Shown in pieces: positions 14,540-27,509 of a DNA stretch of 64,000 bases (its first letter is position 1; every line of letters starts with the position of its first letter). The DNA is taken from the NCBI GenBank assembly GCA_043228905.1, contig JBHGNT010000003.1, positions 15,438,001-15,502,000 on the forward strand, in the 5' to 3' direction. The notes beneath the pieces are model-generated. The model saw nothing but the letters and a program-made list of their open reading frames with translations. It did no database searches and was not told the DNA's origin. Origin of the DNA: Azolla caroliniana (Eukaryota > Plantae > Polypodiophyta). Both the position numbers and the translations under genes were made by a program.

Positions 14540-15460
14540 CAGAGGCTGTGGCTAGCACAGTTGGAGTAAAAAGGTTTGTTGATAAACATGGATAAAACTA
14601 AAGTGATGGTGTTTAACACCACTCAAGCATGAGTAACAAAATCAGAACCAGAATCCTTCTTTAGAGAGGGAAAGGTGGTGTACACATGCTCCTACACATA
14701 CCTAGGAGTAACATTTACAGAGCCTAGGTTCTCTTTACAGGAGGCTGCTTGTGCCCGACTCTCTTGTGGATATGCAGCCCTTCATACTCTTGGAGGACAA
14801 TGTGCACATATGCAGTTCCAAGAGCCACGAACTAAACTGTGGCTATTTGATACACTACTAACACCAACTCTTCTCTATGTAGTAGAAATGTCGGAACTGA
14901 GTCTTAACAAGGCAAATAACTGGAAAGATTTAGAGAAACCTTTCTTCTCAATGATTTCCTGCATGATAAGGAGCAAAGCATTAGTGGCCCATGATATAAT
15001 CCCGGTAGAGATGGGGGCAGCCCCTATTATCATCGGGGAATTAGTTCGATCGTTGAACATTATCCAATGACTTCTGGATAAATGCCTTAAGGTTGGCACT
15101 TATGTCGTCAAAACAACTTGTTGAACATTGAGATGTTCATTGTTGGTATGCTGAAGTGCTACAATGGTTCGAGTCACATGACATTACCGTAAATCCACTA
15201 GCCCCATTCCAATATAGCGTTGATTATCTCCATCTAAACATGACCAAAGTGGGAAAAAATAGAGTTATCCGAACTGATATTGTTAACTTGGAAAACAAGC
15301 TAATATGGACCAGCCCCAAAAAATCACTTGGTAGGAAGATGGCCCACTATAAGACACTGTTTACACACATTGGAGGATGGATTCATCATCAGGCGATTTT
15401 ATATGGACATATGTCTATCCTTAGTGTTGCAGAATGTGATAGGAAGCTATGAACCTCCAC
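14540..15460 (+). mobile_element. LINE ORF2 fragment (end of RT plus C-terminal region)
   Basis: YTYLGVTFTEPRFSLQEAACARLSCGYAAL...LWLFDTLLTPTLLY; homologous to 33700-34490. Confidence 0.8.
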
Positions 15461-15976
15461 ATTTATTAGAATATTCTTTGTATCATTTGTATAATGTTTT
15501 GTTCTTTTCTCACTTCTTTTTGGCTTCCTTCTCATGCTTCTAAAATCATCAAATTTATGTAACCTTTATTCATGTAAACTCACTAAAATTACCAATCTTC
15601 AATGATATAGTTAACCCAAAGTTCCTTATTTCTTTACAGTGAAGTTTCTTGGTTGCAAATCAGCTTTGGCATGGCATTCAATGGATGATGTATGCATGAA
15701 ACGTTTATGTTTTTTACTTGAGATAACTGTAATAGAAGAGTGTATCCTTTCTGTGGATGTAAGACTGTTTCTGATCTATGGATTATGTGATTGTCCAGCT
15801 CAGAACTTCTGATATATTTTATATTTGCTTCATTGTATCTTATTGAGTTGTTCTTGTTTTTAACTCTGTAAAAATATAATTTCCCCATCAGTTAAGAATA
15901 AAAACTGCCAAAGCGCTACACCCTCCATAATGTGATTTTGAATGAGGTTGCACTTGTTTCTTCATGTGTCCATTAG

Positions 15977-16105
15977 GGAAAATCAAATGATGGAGCAGGT
16001 CCAGATATAATAAGAGACACTTCTGATGAAACTGGAGAAAGTGGACATGCTGAAGCATTGCGAGCTACTGTTGCTGAACATAAGCAACATCTAGCGAACA
16101 TTCAG
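15977..16105 (+). CDS. AUG6: AUG6 exon (after the ~10-kb intron)
   Basis: [13 protein letters not shown]...[22 protein letters not shown] matches AUG6 KANDGDGPDILR...GHAESLAATL.EHQQHLA; AG/GT boundaries. Confidence 0.9.
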
Positions 16106-16216
16106 GTCTTTTGAGATCTGCATCACTTAATTTTCTTTCTGGAGTTTCAGTGGTGATATAATTTGGTACAAAAAAGAATATCTATATATTTCTGACTTTT
16201 GCTATTTTCTTGACAG

Positions 16217-16345
16217 ACTCTGATTAGGCAGTTGAAAGAATCACTGCCTGGCATGGAAACATCAATTGCGTCACTTAGAGAGCAAGTGAGTCGGACAACT
16301 CCGCTCATGGTTCCTCCAACTTCACTATCACTTCCTGAGAGAATG
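16217..16345 (+). CDS. AUG6: AUG6 exon
   Basis: TLIRQLKESLPGMETSIASLREQV resembles AUG6 VLINQLKEV.P.IQ.SI.E..EKV; AG/GT boundaries. Confidence 0.85.
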
Positions 16346-16501
16346 GTATGTCTTTAGCTGTAACATTGAAATAAAGGCATATTCACCTTAATTGATTTAG
16401 CCTGAAGAAACTAATATAACATTTCACGAAAGCTCATCTATCTAGTTCACGGCATTGTTGAAGACTATTTTCAAAAGGTTAAATAAATCATGTGATTTCA
16501 G

Positions 16502-16751
16502 GATGACTTTATTGGTCATGGCACTGACACTTCTTTAAAGGCTAGCACATCCCATTTGGAGTTGACGCCAGCAAGTTCCTTATCAAAGCTGCCTCACATT
16601 TTCTCATCTTCTTCTCCTACAAAGACAAAGACTTCACAACCACAAAGAACCCGCACAACAGTGCATAGTGCAAGACGAATAGAATCCTCCAACGGTGATC
16701 GTTCAGATAGCCTAGTTCCTACACATGGGTTAATCAAAGTAGACCTTCAAG
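16502..16751 (+). CDS. AUG6: AUG6 exon
   Basis: SLSKLPHIFSSSSP resembles AUG6 TLKLPQLFSSTP; AG/GT boundaries, frame-consistent. Confidence 0.8.
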
Positions 16752-16858
16752 GTTGCACAACCTTTTCATCTATATGATATAAGAGTTACTAGATTTTCTT
16801 CACATTTTTACCTCTTAAAAGGCGTTAATATAACTTTCTTTCTTTCTTGAAATGCCAG

Positions 16859-17359
16859 GTGAAAAGGAAGATAATCTTACATCCTTGAGACAAGCTGTTC
16901 ATATTGCTGCCTTATCAGCAAGTAGGCACCCGGTTGAGGAGATAATAACCGAAAGAAATGATCATGGCACGGAACATTTTTTCACTCCAATACTGTCAGG
17001 TGATATGCTTACAAACGGACATTTAGCCTCAAATTCAGTAAAAAGCACTGCTAGAAAACTGTCTCCTAGGACCCCACAGGAGTATAATGAATATCATGGC
17101 AAGTCTTTACCAGATACACTAGCTAGAGAACAAGATCATAAAAGTATTGATGTCCAGGATCTTCAGCAAAGAAGTTCCAAGCCATCCAGCAAATCACTTA
17201 ACTCCAATGGTTTTTTAAACAAGACTCCTGCTATATCAGTCTCTGAAGCAAAAGCTGAAATTGGATCTGAAAGCCTCAGTGGTGAATTTGTACGGCCATT
17301 TTCTCCACCGCTTCTTACAGAATTATCATCATTTACGGAGGGATATGATGATCTACTGG
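16859..17359 (+). CDS. AUG6: AUG6 exon
   Basis: LRQAVHIAAL, GTEHFFTP, NGFL and FSPPLL...YDDLL match the AUG6 C-terminal motifs; AG/GT boundaries. Confidence 0.9.
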
Positions 17360-17735
17360 GTATGTGTACTTATAACTGACATTACTATTTGGGAAAATTT
17401 CTTTTTATTTCCATAAATGCCCCTAAGTTTTTGTTATCTCCCAAGTGTCCCTAAAGAGATAAAACAATGGAAGAATCGACACTGCTAAAATTGCACACAT
17501 AATTGGAGAGTGGGTGAATTGACAGTGTAACTGGTCTAATAGAGCATATAACTGCTTGAAGGGGTGTTAACCAGGGGCATTTGGGAAAATAACAAAACTG
17601 TGCGGGCATTTGAGAATACGAAGCAAAATTTGAGTGTATTTTGGAAAACAAAATTGCTTTGGAATTTTCCTGATGACTATTACGAAACTATATATATGCT
17701 AGGAATAACTTTGCTAACAAACACTAGTGTGACAG

Positions 17736-18309
17736 GAGCTGAAGATTTTCTGCTCTCTGATGTGTCTTTGGAGGGAGTTTGGTTTAATCCTGCAGGGTGA
17801 TTTTTGCGTTTCCTGGAGTGATGATCTCAATTATATGGCTTGCCTTGTATTAGCAAAAAGGGGCCTATTTGATATTTGTAACATATGGACTTTTGTGCTG
17901 TCACAAGGTTTTATGCGTTGTGACCGGATGCAAATCACCAGTTGCTTTTTTCTTTGAAGAGTTTTTTTTTCATATGAGAAAAGCCCCTTCATTGTAAAGG
18001 AAAATTAAGTATCAATAACTCTTTCGAGGTTTGTAAGCCAGTTGATAAAAAGGAAGCAGCTATTTGTGTTGTATTCATTACTGAATTGTGATATTCTTTT
18101 TCAAATCTATTTTCCTTGAGACTATATCTTGTTTTTTCTTCCTGCCTTTGGTTTTTTTTTCTGATCACTACGCATTTCACTGCTCCACTAGAAATTCCCT
18201 CTGCCCCTACACACGCTAACCCAATAGTTTCCTTCACATGTCCAGGGTCGAGCCGCAGGATATGCTAATGGACATAAGAAACCACTTATTGACTAGTCTC
18301 TTTCATTAA
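17736..18309 (+). CDS. AUG6: candidate terminal AUG6 exons (17736-17796 and 18246-18309; or 17736-17800 as the sole last exon)
   Basis: Phase-compatible AG/GT sites give GAEDFLLSDVSLEGVWFNPAG-VEPQDMLMDIRNHLLTSLFH*. Similarity to known AUG6 ends is weak. Confidence 0.35.
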
Positions 18310-21300
18310 ATTTGACTAAGTTGAACATTTCTTTTATTTGTCTTTCTCATTTCATGCAGAAATCTAGGTATATGCCAAATGCATTTTCGTTTGTCAGATA
18401 TTGGTTACCGTTGAGGAAACACTTGAATAGACATTCAAATTTTGAACATGCCAATTAGATTCTCTTTGTGGGTATCTATTTCTAAGTAAAAGCGTTATTG
18501 GGTGATTCAGCTATTGAGTAATGGAGAAAAACTTCATTTTATGTGTTCATAGAGCAATACCATCATGGATAAACGTGTAGTCTTATGAAAATTCATTGAT
18601 TAGGAAAAATTTTGAATAAATTTCTAGCCTTCCAATATGTTGAGGGAAAGAATGAGTGGTTGGTCTAAATAAGGATGTATTTCTTTAGACAAATGAAGAA
18701 TGGAAACCAAATTGATAAGAAACATACAAAATGTTTTTTGGAAAAAAAAAAGAAACATATAAAATGTAGTAGGTATCATACAAAATAGAAATATATGAGA
18801 AGATGGATGGTCAATGCTAGATATATAGCAATATTCACATACAAACCAAAAACATAGCTAGTACCACTAGCTTGCTTGAAGTGGCCCTAAATTCTGAAAT
18901 AGGATTAGAAATGACAAAGATGGAATCCTCTTGTCGGATACACAACCCTTTCTATTAGTTATAAACCCTTCGAGATTGAATTCTTATTTTTTTTATCAAT
19001 TTTTGTTTTCCTCTTGATATTATAGTAATTTCTTACATCCATAGATTTCATGGGCTAAAGAGATATGAGTTGTAAGCAATGTTAACCTTAGCATATTGCC
19101 TTTATGTATCATATATGACAGCCCTCAAGCCTTACCTTCCATGGCCCTTAACAATCATACTTGGGAATTACAACATAGGCACATGCCAATATGCGCAACA
19201 TCCTCTTTCTCTTCTTCCTCAACAATGGAAATGTGATGCAAAACGGCCGGTTTGTCTTTCAATGAGATAGCCCTATGGAACTTGCCACATAATGTACGAT
19301 TGTAATTGTAGTTCTATGGATCCCACAAGCTTCTTATGCGACTTTGGATTTGATTAGATACAAGAAGAATATGATCATTTGCATTTGCCTTATTGCAACA
19401 ATGTTTTTACTTACCGATTTCTCTTTCATATTAAGCCAATCATTTCATGATTCCTTTCATTATCTCAAGTTTTATGTCACTCAACTTATGAACTAGCCAA
19501 ACTATTGATGCCAACTTAAATATGCTTTTATATTATATTTTTGCGATCATCCAATGTGTAAGGCATTTTGTTGACATCTAGTTTGGAGCCCTTTAACAAT
19601 GCTCCATTGTAAACCCAATCTCGAGAATATAAGTTTCTCTAATAATGTGCATCCTAATGTGAAAGGAACCCAACCCCATTGTAAAAAGCTATAAAAGTGA
19701 CCCTTTAGTGACCTTTATAGTTTTTCTCCATTCTTGGATATCTCCTTTCACTTAGTGTAATAGAGTGCGCGCTCTCTCTCTCTTCTTAATCTTTCATTAG
19801 AGTTTAAGAGCGATTAGGGTTGATGAGCTACTATTAGTCAAGCTCATCAACCATAATCACTTGACTCTTGTATGTGTGCCAAAACGTCTTTGATAATAAG
19901 AAATGGTGTTATGTTCTTTAAACTTCTTCTATGTTTATTGATACTATCTTCTATTCATTAAGAGATTGAAGATGAGATGGAGTGAGTGTATGTGTTAATC
20001 ACTAAGGTTAGTTAAGTTAGTAGCTCAATATGGTATATGCTGGTCCGAATCCCTGGCCCAATAACATCAATGAGAGGAAGAACTCCATCGATCTATAGGC
20101 GTGTTTTGTTGTCGTGGAGGCAAAAACCACACAATCCCTTGTAGAAGAATAAATCACTCTTGTTTAAGAGATCTCAAGGCAACATATAAGACGTTCTAGC
20201 AAACATTCTAGACCAACCATAACACGATCACGCATCAAATGACTAATGCCAAACAATGTGTCATATCACCAATACAAAGGCGCAAAGCTCAACTTCGGGG
20301 ATGACTTGCATGAGAGTGTTGCTTGAATGGAAGGAGAATTGAGTGAAAGTCTACAATTGTAGGTGGTATGGTAGTCAGAAAAAATGACTCAAGGGGTAGA
20401 AAAATGGAGTTCACAATGCTTGTGCTTTCTTTGTCGGGCTTTGTCTTGATGGGGTGGGCAAAAGGGGGGCCCATCCATAGCCACAAAAACATAAATAACT
20501 ATACATATATGAATAGATATTAATTGACTATGTACAAGAGGTGTAGGGTTTGAATATTTGTTAGCTCGTATTAAGGAACTATTACCTATTTTTATTTCAA
20601 AGCATAAATGGAACATAAGTATTTAATGCCGAAAAAGGTGCCTCTTTCTTTCTCTATGAAAAGAGGAGAAGAGGGCTTATTTGTTGCGTATTTGTGTCAA
20701 GCTCCCTCCTTGTGTATTATTAATTAAGTAATTACGTAATCATTAAGTAAGGAGGTGTTAACTCAATGTTGGCAACTTGTGTGACCAAGAGCGAGCACCA
20801 AATGCCACTGCACCAAGTAACGACAATCTTTCTCTCTTGTCTAGTTCCTAATCGACTTCCCACTCTCACCAATAAGAAGTGTGGTCGACCAAAGAGTGGC
20901 CCTATAATCAATGGCAACTTACATCTCGTGATTGTCATTCTCCTTCACAACCCACAAAAACATTTGGTAACTATAATAAATTGTTTTTCTCGTAGAATAA
21001 GAACATAATGGATGTTGTTAGACTGTCGTGATTCAAACTCCACAACTGAGTTAGACAACTTTCATTCTCTAGAGATTATATTACATGATGTTTACATAGG
21101 TGGATACACTAAATGAGCCCTTTAATTTAACAGTGATCATTTATTTATCGAAAGAGGTTGATTCCCCTTAATACTGAAAATGCCCCCTTTCTCTTTCCCT
21201 TTCTCCGAGCAAAGTAGGCCACCAAGTGGGCAACGATGATGAGCCAACGAGGGGGCCCACAAGTCCATCACATTGGAAAGTTCCATCCATCCATAGTCAC

Positions 21301-21904
21301 ACCCCCTATGTATATATTTGCATCTGGTTGGTCAACACACGTGTCATAAACACATGTTATGTATGTAGTACAATGAAATGCTGCAACATGTCTAATACTC
21401 GATTCATGCGAGGAAGCCACTTCCACGGTGTCTTTCCCATGATGGTGTGTTTGTTACAGATGTATGTATATGTGTTCGGTTGTGCTACCAACATGACATG
21501 AGAGACTCTCCTCTCCCCTCCCCCACCCCCAAAAAGAAAAAGAAAAACATAATCAGTCACCCTCCAACATGAAATGAAGAGAAAGGGAAAGACGGAGGTG
21601 TGTATGTATTGAACCCCCCCCCCCCCCCCCCCCCCAACACACACACACTGTGTGTGCGTGTGCGTGTGCATGTGCATGTGTGTACGGGGGGGGGGTTGTT
21701 CGTAAGGGAGATAGAGAGATGCAAAACGGCGTTCAGAATTGTCTGCCGTTGTCTTCCGTCTCTGTCTCCGTCTCAGACATGCTCCATCGCCATCTCCCTC
21801 TCCTTCTCTTTCCCGCTGTTTCTCTTCCTTCTTTTCGCGATGTATCTCGTCTTCTTACACGCAAGTTCATAGGCTGCTCTTAAAATTCTCCTCAGAAACA
21901 TTGA

Positions 21905-21949
21905 GAAGAAGAAGAAGAAGAAGAAGAAGAAGAAGAAGAAGAAGAAGAA
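21905..21949 (+). repeat. (GAA)15 microsatellite in the putative 5' UTR
   Basis: Perfect GAA run ending 21 bp before the ATG at 21971. Confidence 0.95.
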
Positions 21950-21970
21950 GAGGAAGATATTCTACTCTAT

Positions 21971-24900
21971 ATGGACGTACCTCCAGATCCTCCTGTATTA
22001 AGTGTTCCTCAGCTCTTCTCATTTCAGGTCTCTTATACTAGCAGGTCGGATTATCGCAACTCTCTCCTCCCTGAAGGATCTAAGGTATTCTTTTCATCTA
22101 TCACTGATTATTATCGTAATATGATGAAATATATGATTACAGAGAGGCTTGTTTTCGAAAGTACTTCCAGTTAACTGTATATTTATACGAACAGAAGCAA
22201 AACGTTTGAATTGTTTGTCATGTAAGCGAATGTAAAAGAGTAGACAAAACGTCTTGAATTGTTTGTACATATGAACTATAGATAATCATTTTCAGTAATT
22301 TCCATATAAGATGGAAAGGAAACGTTTCTGGATAGTTTGTGAGGAAAATAAAGTTTGTGAAATGAACAGAAAAATGACAGGAAATGTTTGAATAGTTCCT
22401 ACACAGAATTAACAGAATTTCAAATTGTTTTTGAGGTAAACGTGTATACATGAATAAGAAAGTTGTAGAAATTTTGCTTGAATAGTTGTCCAGTAAAATG
22501 TATATGAAATTAATAGAAAACATGTAGTCAATCGATAAATGCATATAAAATAACTATAAAGTGTAATTTCGTCTGTGAAGTAGGGTTTTGCTTGGCGTTC
22601 CTTCTGACTCATGACTTTTTGTTTAGCATAAAGGAGAATGGAGACATGGTATCCTGGAAGTGGATTTCCCAATGGAGACGTTCTTTCTTCAAGATAGAGA
22701 CAGAATTTTGCTGGTATGCTATGCTTGTTTTCATCCTTTCTTCATATGAACAATATAATTTTTACTTCTGATTTTTTTTTCCATGTGGACAATGATGAAT
22801 TTTTTTACGTATCTTGTATTCTGATGATAACATTGTTACATTTCTTTTGTTTTTCTTTCTTAAACTTGTGAGTAATGAAAAACTTTTGACATGTCTTTTC
22901 TTCCTTTCTACATTGTGAACATTGAAATAATGGCTATGTCTCATTTATTATATATGAAGCTTGTATAAAAAGGATAAAATTGCTACATTTATTTTCTTCC
23001 TTTTTACACCTGAACAATGAAAAATTGTTTTATCTTGTCATAGTTCTCCCTTTTAGGTTTGAATAATGAGAACAGGAACATAAATATATACAACCAGGCA
23101 GTAGGATTTGTAAAGAAAGTTAGAGAGAGGCCATTCACTGTATGTTCTGGATGAAAAGATAATAAAGAAAGATTAAATGCATTTCTTTTTGGAACTTTAT
23201 TGTTATGAGCATATACATATTTAAACTGTAGGAACTACTAAGAGATATGCTCATTTAGCATATGCATATAAGGGAGGCCGTATGAGTTATTAAGAGGCTA
23301 GAGATAGGGTCATTTAGCAGCATATGGTTGGGACAGTCTATTGTGAATTCATCATGGAATTATATGTGGAAAGGGAGGGCAATATGAAATTATAAGAAGC
23401 TAAGAGATTGGCTGTTTAGCATGTGGTCTTGACTTGGGATTGGATATATAAAAGGTTAGTCCCTGTAGCCTCTCTGGAAGCACAAAATTTTTACTCTTGA
23501 TCATTCTACTCTCTCAGTTCTATTTTAAAGGATGCTCCTTTTCTACAACATCAGTGGCGATTGGCTATATCCTATTGTGATCCCAAGCCCCATGAACTTG
23601 CTCGTTGCCTTTGGGTGTAATATGGGATGCTCCGACCGGCAGGGTGGCCTCAGCTCAGGGTTCATAGTTTGCTGGTGAGCTAATCCTCTACCTTCTATTT
23701 GTTAATCAACTGAGGTCAATGTTTGATTAACTATATGATTAGGATTGATAACAAACGTGGATTTCTCTATATTGGTGGAACAGTTTTGCTTGTATTTCTA
23801 TGTACATTTATATGTGAAAAGCATGTAGATTTAACTTTGGATTTTTATTTGTTGCATATGTATAATCATAAGATGGTCTGCTTTACAGTCACAAACATTT
23901 TCATCCTTCAACAAGCATGGTGATTTCGGCAGTTCCGAAGGTTGCAGCTTGGCACTGAAATTCAAGTAATTCTTCCATCCAATTGGCAAAAAGTAAAAAT
24001 GATTAAAACAGTCTGGATTTTACTGCTTACGAAAGTTTGTTTTTGCCAGTTCTGATCACTGGGAGATTGTCGCTCAAAATATTGCAGAGAAGTACTGCAT
24101 CCAGCACCTTTTAGATGTAATATTCTACCCTCTCGATTAATTTGCATTTTGGATTTCAGCAAATCAAAAGTTTCAATCTGTGTCAAAGAGATTTATCCTG
24201 CATATACAATATGAAGAAAGCTGTTTAGTTCTCGTGCATGTATGTGCATTTCCTATTGTAGCATGATGGAACTAAAAGCTAGTAGTTACATTCTCACAGT
24301 GCATCATAAAATCAATACCTGTTGATGATGTTGTTCAAATTGGTAAAGAGAAAGGCATAATTGGACTGGTAAGAACTTATCAACAACTAATATTCTCAGC
24401 TTCACTGGAATCGGCACATCAAACTGAAAATGTTGCTTTTCTTTAGGATAACAGCATCATCAAGCATGGGAAAGTTAAGCGAAAAGCTGTCAATCAAAAT
24501 AGATTGGATGAGCGTTACATTATCCTTGTTCCTGGAAAACTGTTCGTTTTCAAGGTTTGCATAACCCCTTAATTAGAGAAAGTACATTAAAAGATAACCT
24601 CAGAATTGTGCTTTAAAGCATCCCGTAAGGCTTGCATAATCCCTTTTTTAATGTTAACGAAACCAATTCTGCTCCTCTAATTTTAATCACGTTCATGATT
24701 TTCAGAGTTATAATATAAAGGGAAAACATGTGCGGTATGTAACCTCAGTACTTGGAGCAACTGTTCGAGTAAGTTAAGATCATTGAAATGTACCTCTATA
24801 AATTTATCAAAGAGTTGGTATCAATTCATGGAAAATTGTGAGTTTTCCTATAAGCTTTTGGAGTGAAGATTTTGTTTGATGTGTGCAGATGCTACCGGAG

Positions 24901-27323
24901 GAACAAGAATTCCAGATTTTGGCACCTGGTTCAAAAACAATGTCTCTTATTCCAGAAACCCCAGTGTGTAGTGCTTTTATTATTTGTCCATAATTTGCTT
25001 CTGCTAAGTGCCACCATAAAGACATGTTTATGTATTTTTACAGGAAGAGTTCCATTCATGGGTGGAAGCACTTGGAACTTCAATTAGTCATACAAAGCAA
25101 GCAGTTGACTGGTTAGATTCTCTTAGAAAAGAGGGAGAGAAGCAGCCAGAAACAAGATCTAATAACAAAATAGAATATCAAACTGATATGACAAATCAGG
25201 ACCAATTTGATGGAAGCAAACTGTCTGGACCTTCAGGAGAAATTGATCAGGATGGAACATATGGCCAAGAGTCAAGATGTGATGTATTAGAAAGCTTGAG
25301 TGAAATTAAGAACACGGCAGATACCATCAAATCTCCTCGGGGAGTACAATATGAGGCACCATTTCAAAGGCAAGGAAGATTTGGACTGCAACAGAAAGAG
25401 AACAACAAAGAAGTAAGGAGATTTGACTATTCTCAATGCTGTAGAACTAAGCAATCCAAAGCCATGATGTACCTTGAGAACGCATTGGATGAAATGGAGA
25501 ATATGGTCGGCAATATCAAGAGGGGCAATATTGAGAAAAATAAGAAAAGCAAGACTTCTTGGATTTCAAAAGAGAAAGATTTGCGATGGGATAGAGAGAA
25601 AGAAAGAGAGCTCCTCAATGGGGATGGGATAGTATCTAACAAGGTCTCTATCAGCCAAACAGGCAGAAAATGGCCAAAAAGCGATGAATATGGACCCTCT
25701 TGTAATGTACGGCATTCAATTGATGACAGTTCTCTTACTAATCGAGGTATAGAGATGCCTGAATTGACAAAATATGGAAAAAACTCTCATGATGACCAAA
25801 ATAACATGATGCAAGGCACTGAGTTTAGGAAAAGTTTTTCAGGAGTAGGATACCATTCTCCGCCGAGGGTATCTTGTAGTTACACAAGTAAAAAATCATC
25901 GACAAATCTCCAATGTGATCCTTCGAATGAGAAGAACCCTTATGGGCCACATTCAGATAGAGGAAATACATATGTCTTGAAGCCTAAATCACCTAAGATA
26001 TCAAACAATGAAATACAGCCTCACACATCCTCTTCTGAAGATGAAGAGGATGAAGAGGAAGAATTGCAAGCGACTTGGAGGCGTTCTGGTGGTGGCATGC
26101 CTGATGCATTGAGGATTACCAGTGAGAACCAAAAGCTACTTGTAAATGCTTTCCCTAGTAATGTTTCTCTTGAACAAAGAAGTACCATTCCAGGTAGAAC
26201 CTTAACAGATTGTTCTTCTATGAGAACAGGGAGCAAGTTTGACCAGAAAGGAAGAAGTCCAGAAGGAACATTTAATGTAAATCAATGTTTGGACACATGT
26301 GATCAACATCGAAGTCCAGTTCAGCCTAAAATAATTTCTGCCCAGAAATTCTATCGATTTAATGCATCCAAAGATTCCTATGACACTCCACAAGAGTATA
26401 AACCACTTTCACCGAGATTTAGGAGTATCAATTCTGATTGTCAACCCAAGACTCCACGAATGACAGGAAATCAACCGTCAAATTACGTTTTTCATCAATC
26501 GTCTTCAGGCTTAAAGGAAATTCAAAACCCGTCTGAAAAGAGGTCATTTGATTACAATAGAGGGCTAAAGGAAATACCAAAGACTGAATTCAAGGAACCA
26601 AAAAATCCACCATTGGTCATCTCTGATGACTTCAGCACGCTCCATGACCCTGTTTATGATTCTGAATTTTCCGGACCTCAGATTATTAACAGGAAGCATA
26701 GCAGCAGAAGTATGCAACAAGAAAAAAGCTTTGGGAACCTCCATGCAAATGTACATAATAAAGATGATTACCTGGATAGAGAGCAGGTGCCCAACACACA
26801 TGGCCACTTGAGAAATGAACCTTTGCCCAATACACTTGGAGAGGAAAGTAATCTACCTTATAGAGTGAATGATGGAACTGACAGTTCAATGTTTACAGAT
26901 GATCACACTAGAGTTGGAATACACCACACTCGACAAACAATTTCTTCTTGTTCTCTAGAGGCATGGCAACATGGCCAGCCTTCATCAAGCTGCGAGCCTG
27001 AACAGACTGCAATTAATAAGAGAGATCTACAAGGATACAAAGGAAATCAAGAAGAGATACTTGCAAACAGAACTCATTCCATTAGTCTTCAATTGGATGG
27101 TTCCAGTGGGAATGATGGAAGTATGAGTGCTAGAGGCGTGAACTCGGATAATTGGTGGTCACCATCAAGGCCAGGTGTCCATGGGTTGGGAACACCACAA
27201 GGAGGAATGACATCTAGGTCATCTCTTGGGAGATCCAACAATAGGAAAAACCAAGATGAAAATAGAGATTCGACCAGGGACAGTTTGGATTTTTCTATGG
27301 TAGCTGGTGCAGGAAGGTCTTGA
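21971..27323 (+). CDS. PH-domain protein with a long disordered C-terminal tail (~979 aa; exons 21971-22084, 22627-22713, 23889-23965, 24050-24116, 24300-24368, 24447-24554, 24706-24768, 24889-24963, 25044-27323)
   Basis: All 8 introns are GT-AG and phase-compatible. The spliced protein contains IIKHGKVKRK...DERYIILVPGKLFVFK...EEFHSWVEAL (PH-domain signature). The last exon is a 759-codon open frame. Confidence 0.78.
23227..23547. mobile_element. possible solo-LTR-like insertion in intron 2 of the PH gene
   Basis: TGTAGGAA...TTTCTACA inverted ends and an internal TATATAAAAG; no TSD match. Confidence 0.3.
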
Positions 27324-27509
27324 CATAAAAAGCATATCATATAAATAGACGAGCTTGATTGGCATGCAGGTTCGTAATGTCAAATGCTAGCTCAGATTAT
27401 TTATCCTCTCGGTTTTAAACTAGTGTAGGACCAATCTTCTCTTATTTATTGGGTGAAATAGATTGGAATTGGTAGGTGGAGTGGAGCTTCAACTCTGAGA
27501 TTGTATAAT

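Noticed and set aside
18950-21250. Intergenic region with short ORFs, possibly old TE debris
   Set aside because: No motif, terminal repeat or splice pattern that I could support.
21739-22041. Poly-arginine ORF
   Set aside because: Translation of the (GAA)15 microsatellite in a putative 5' UTR.
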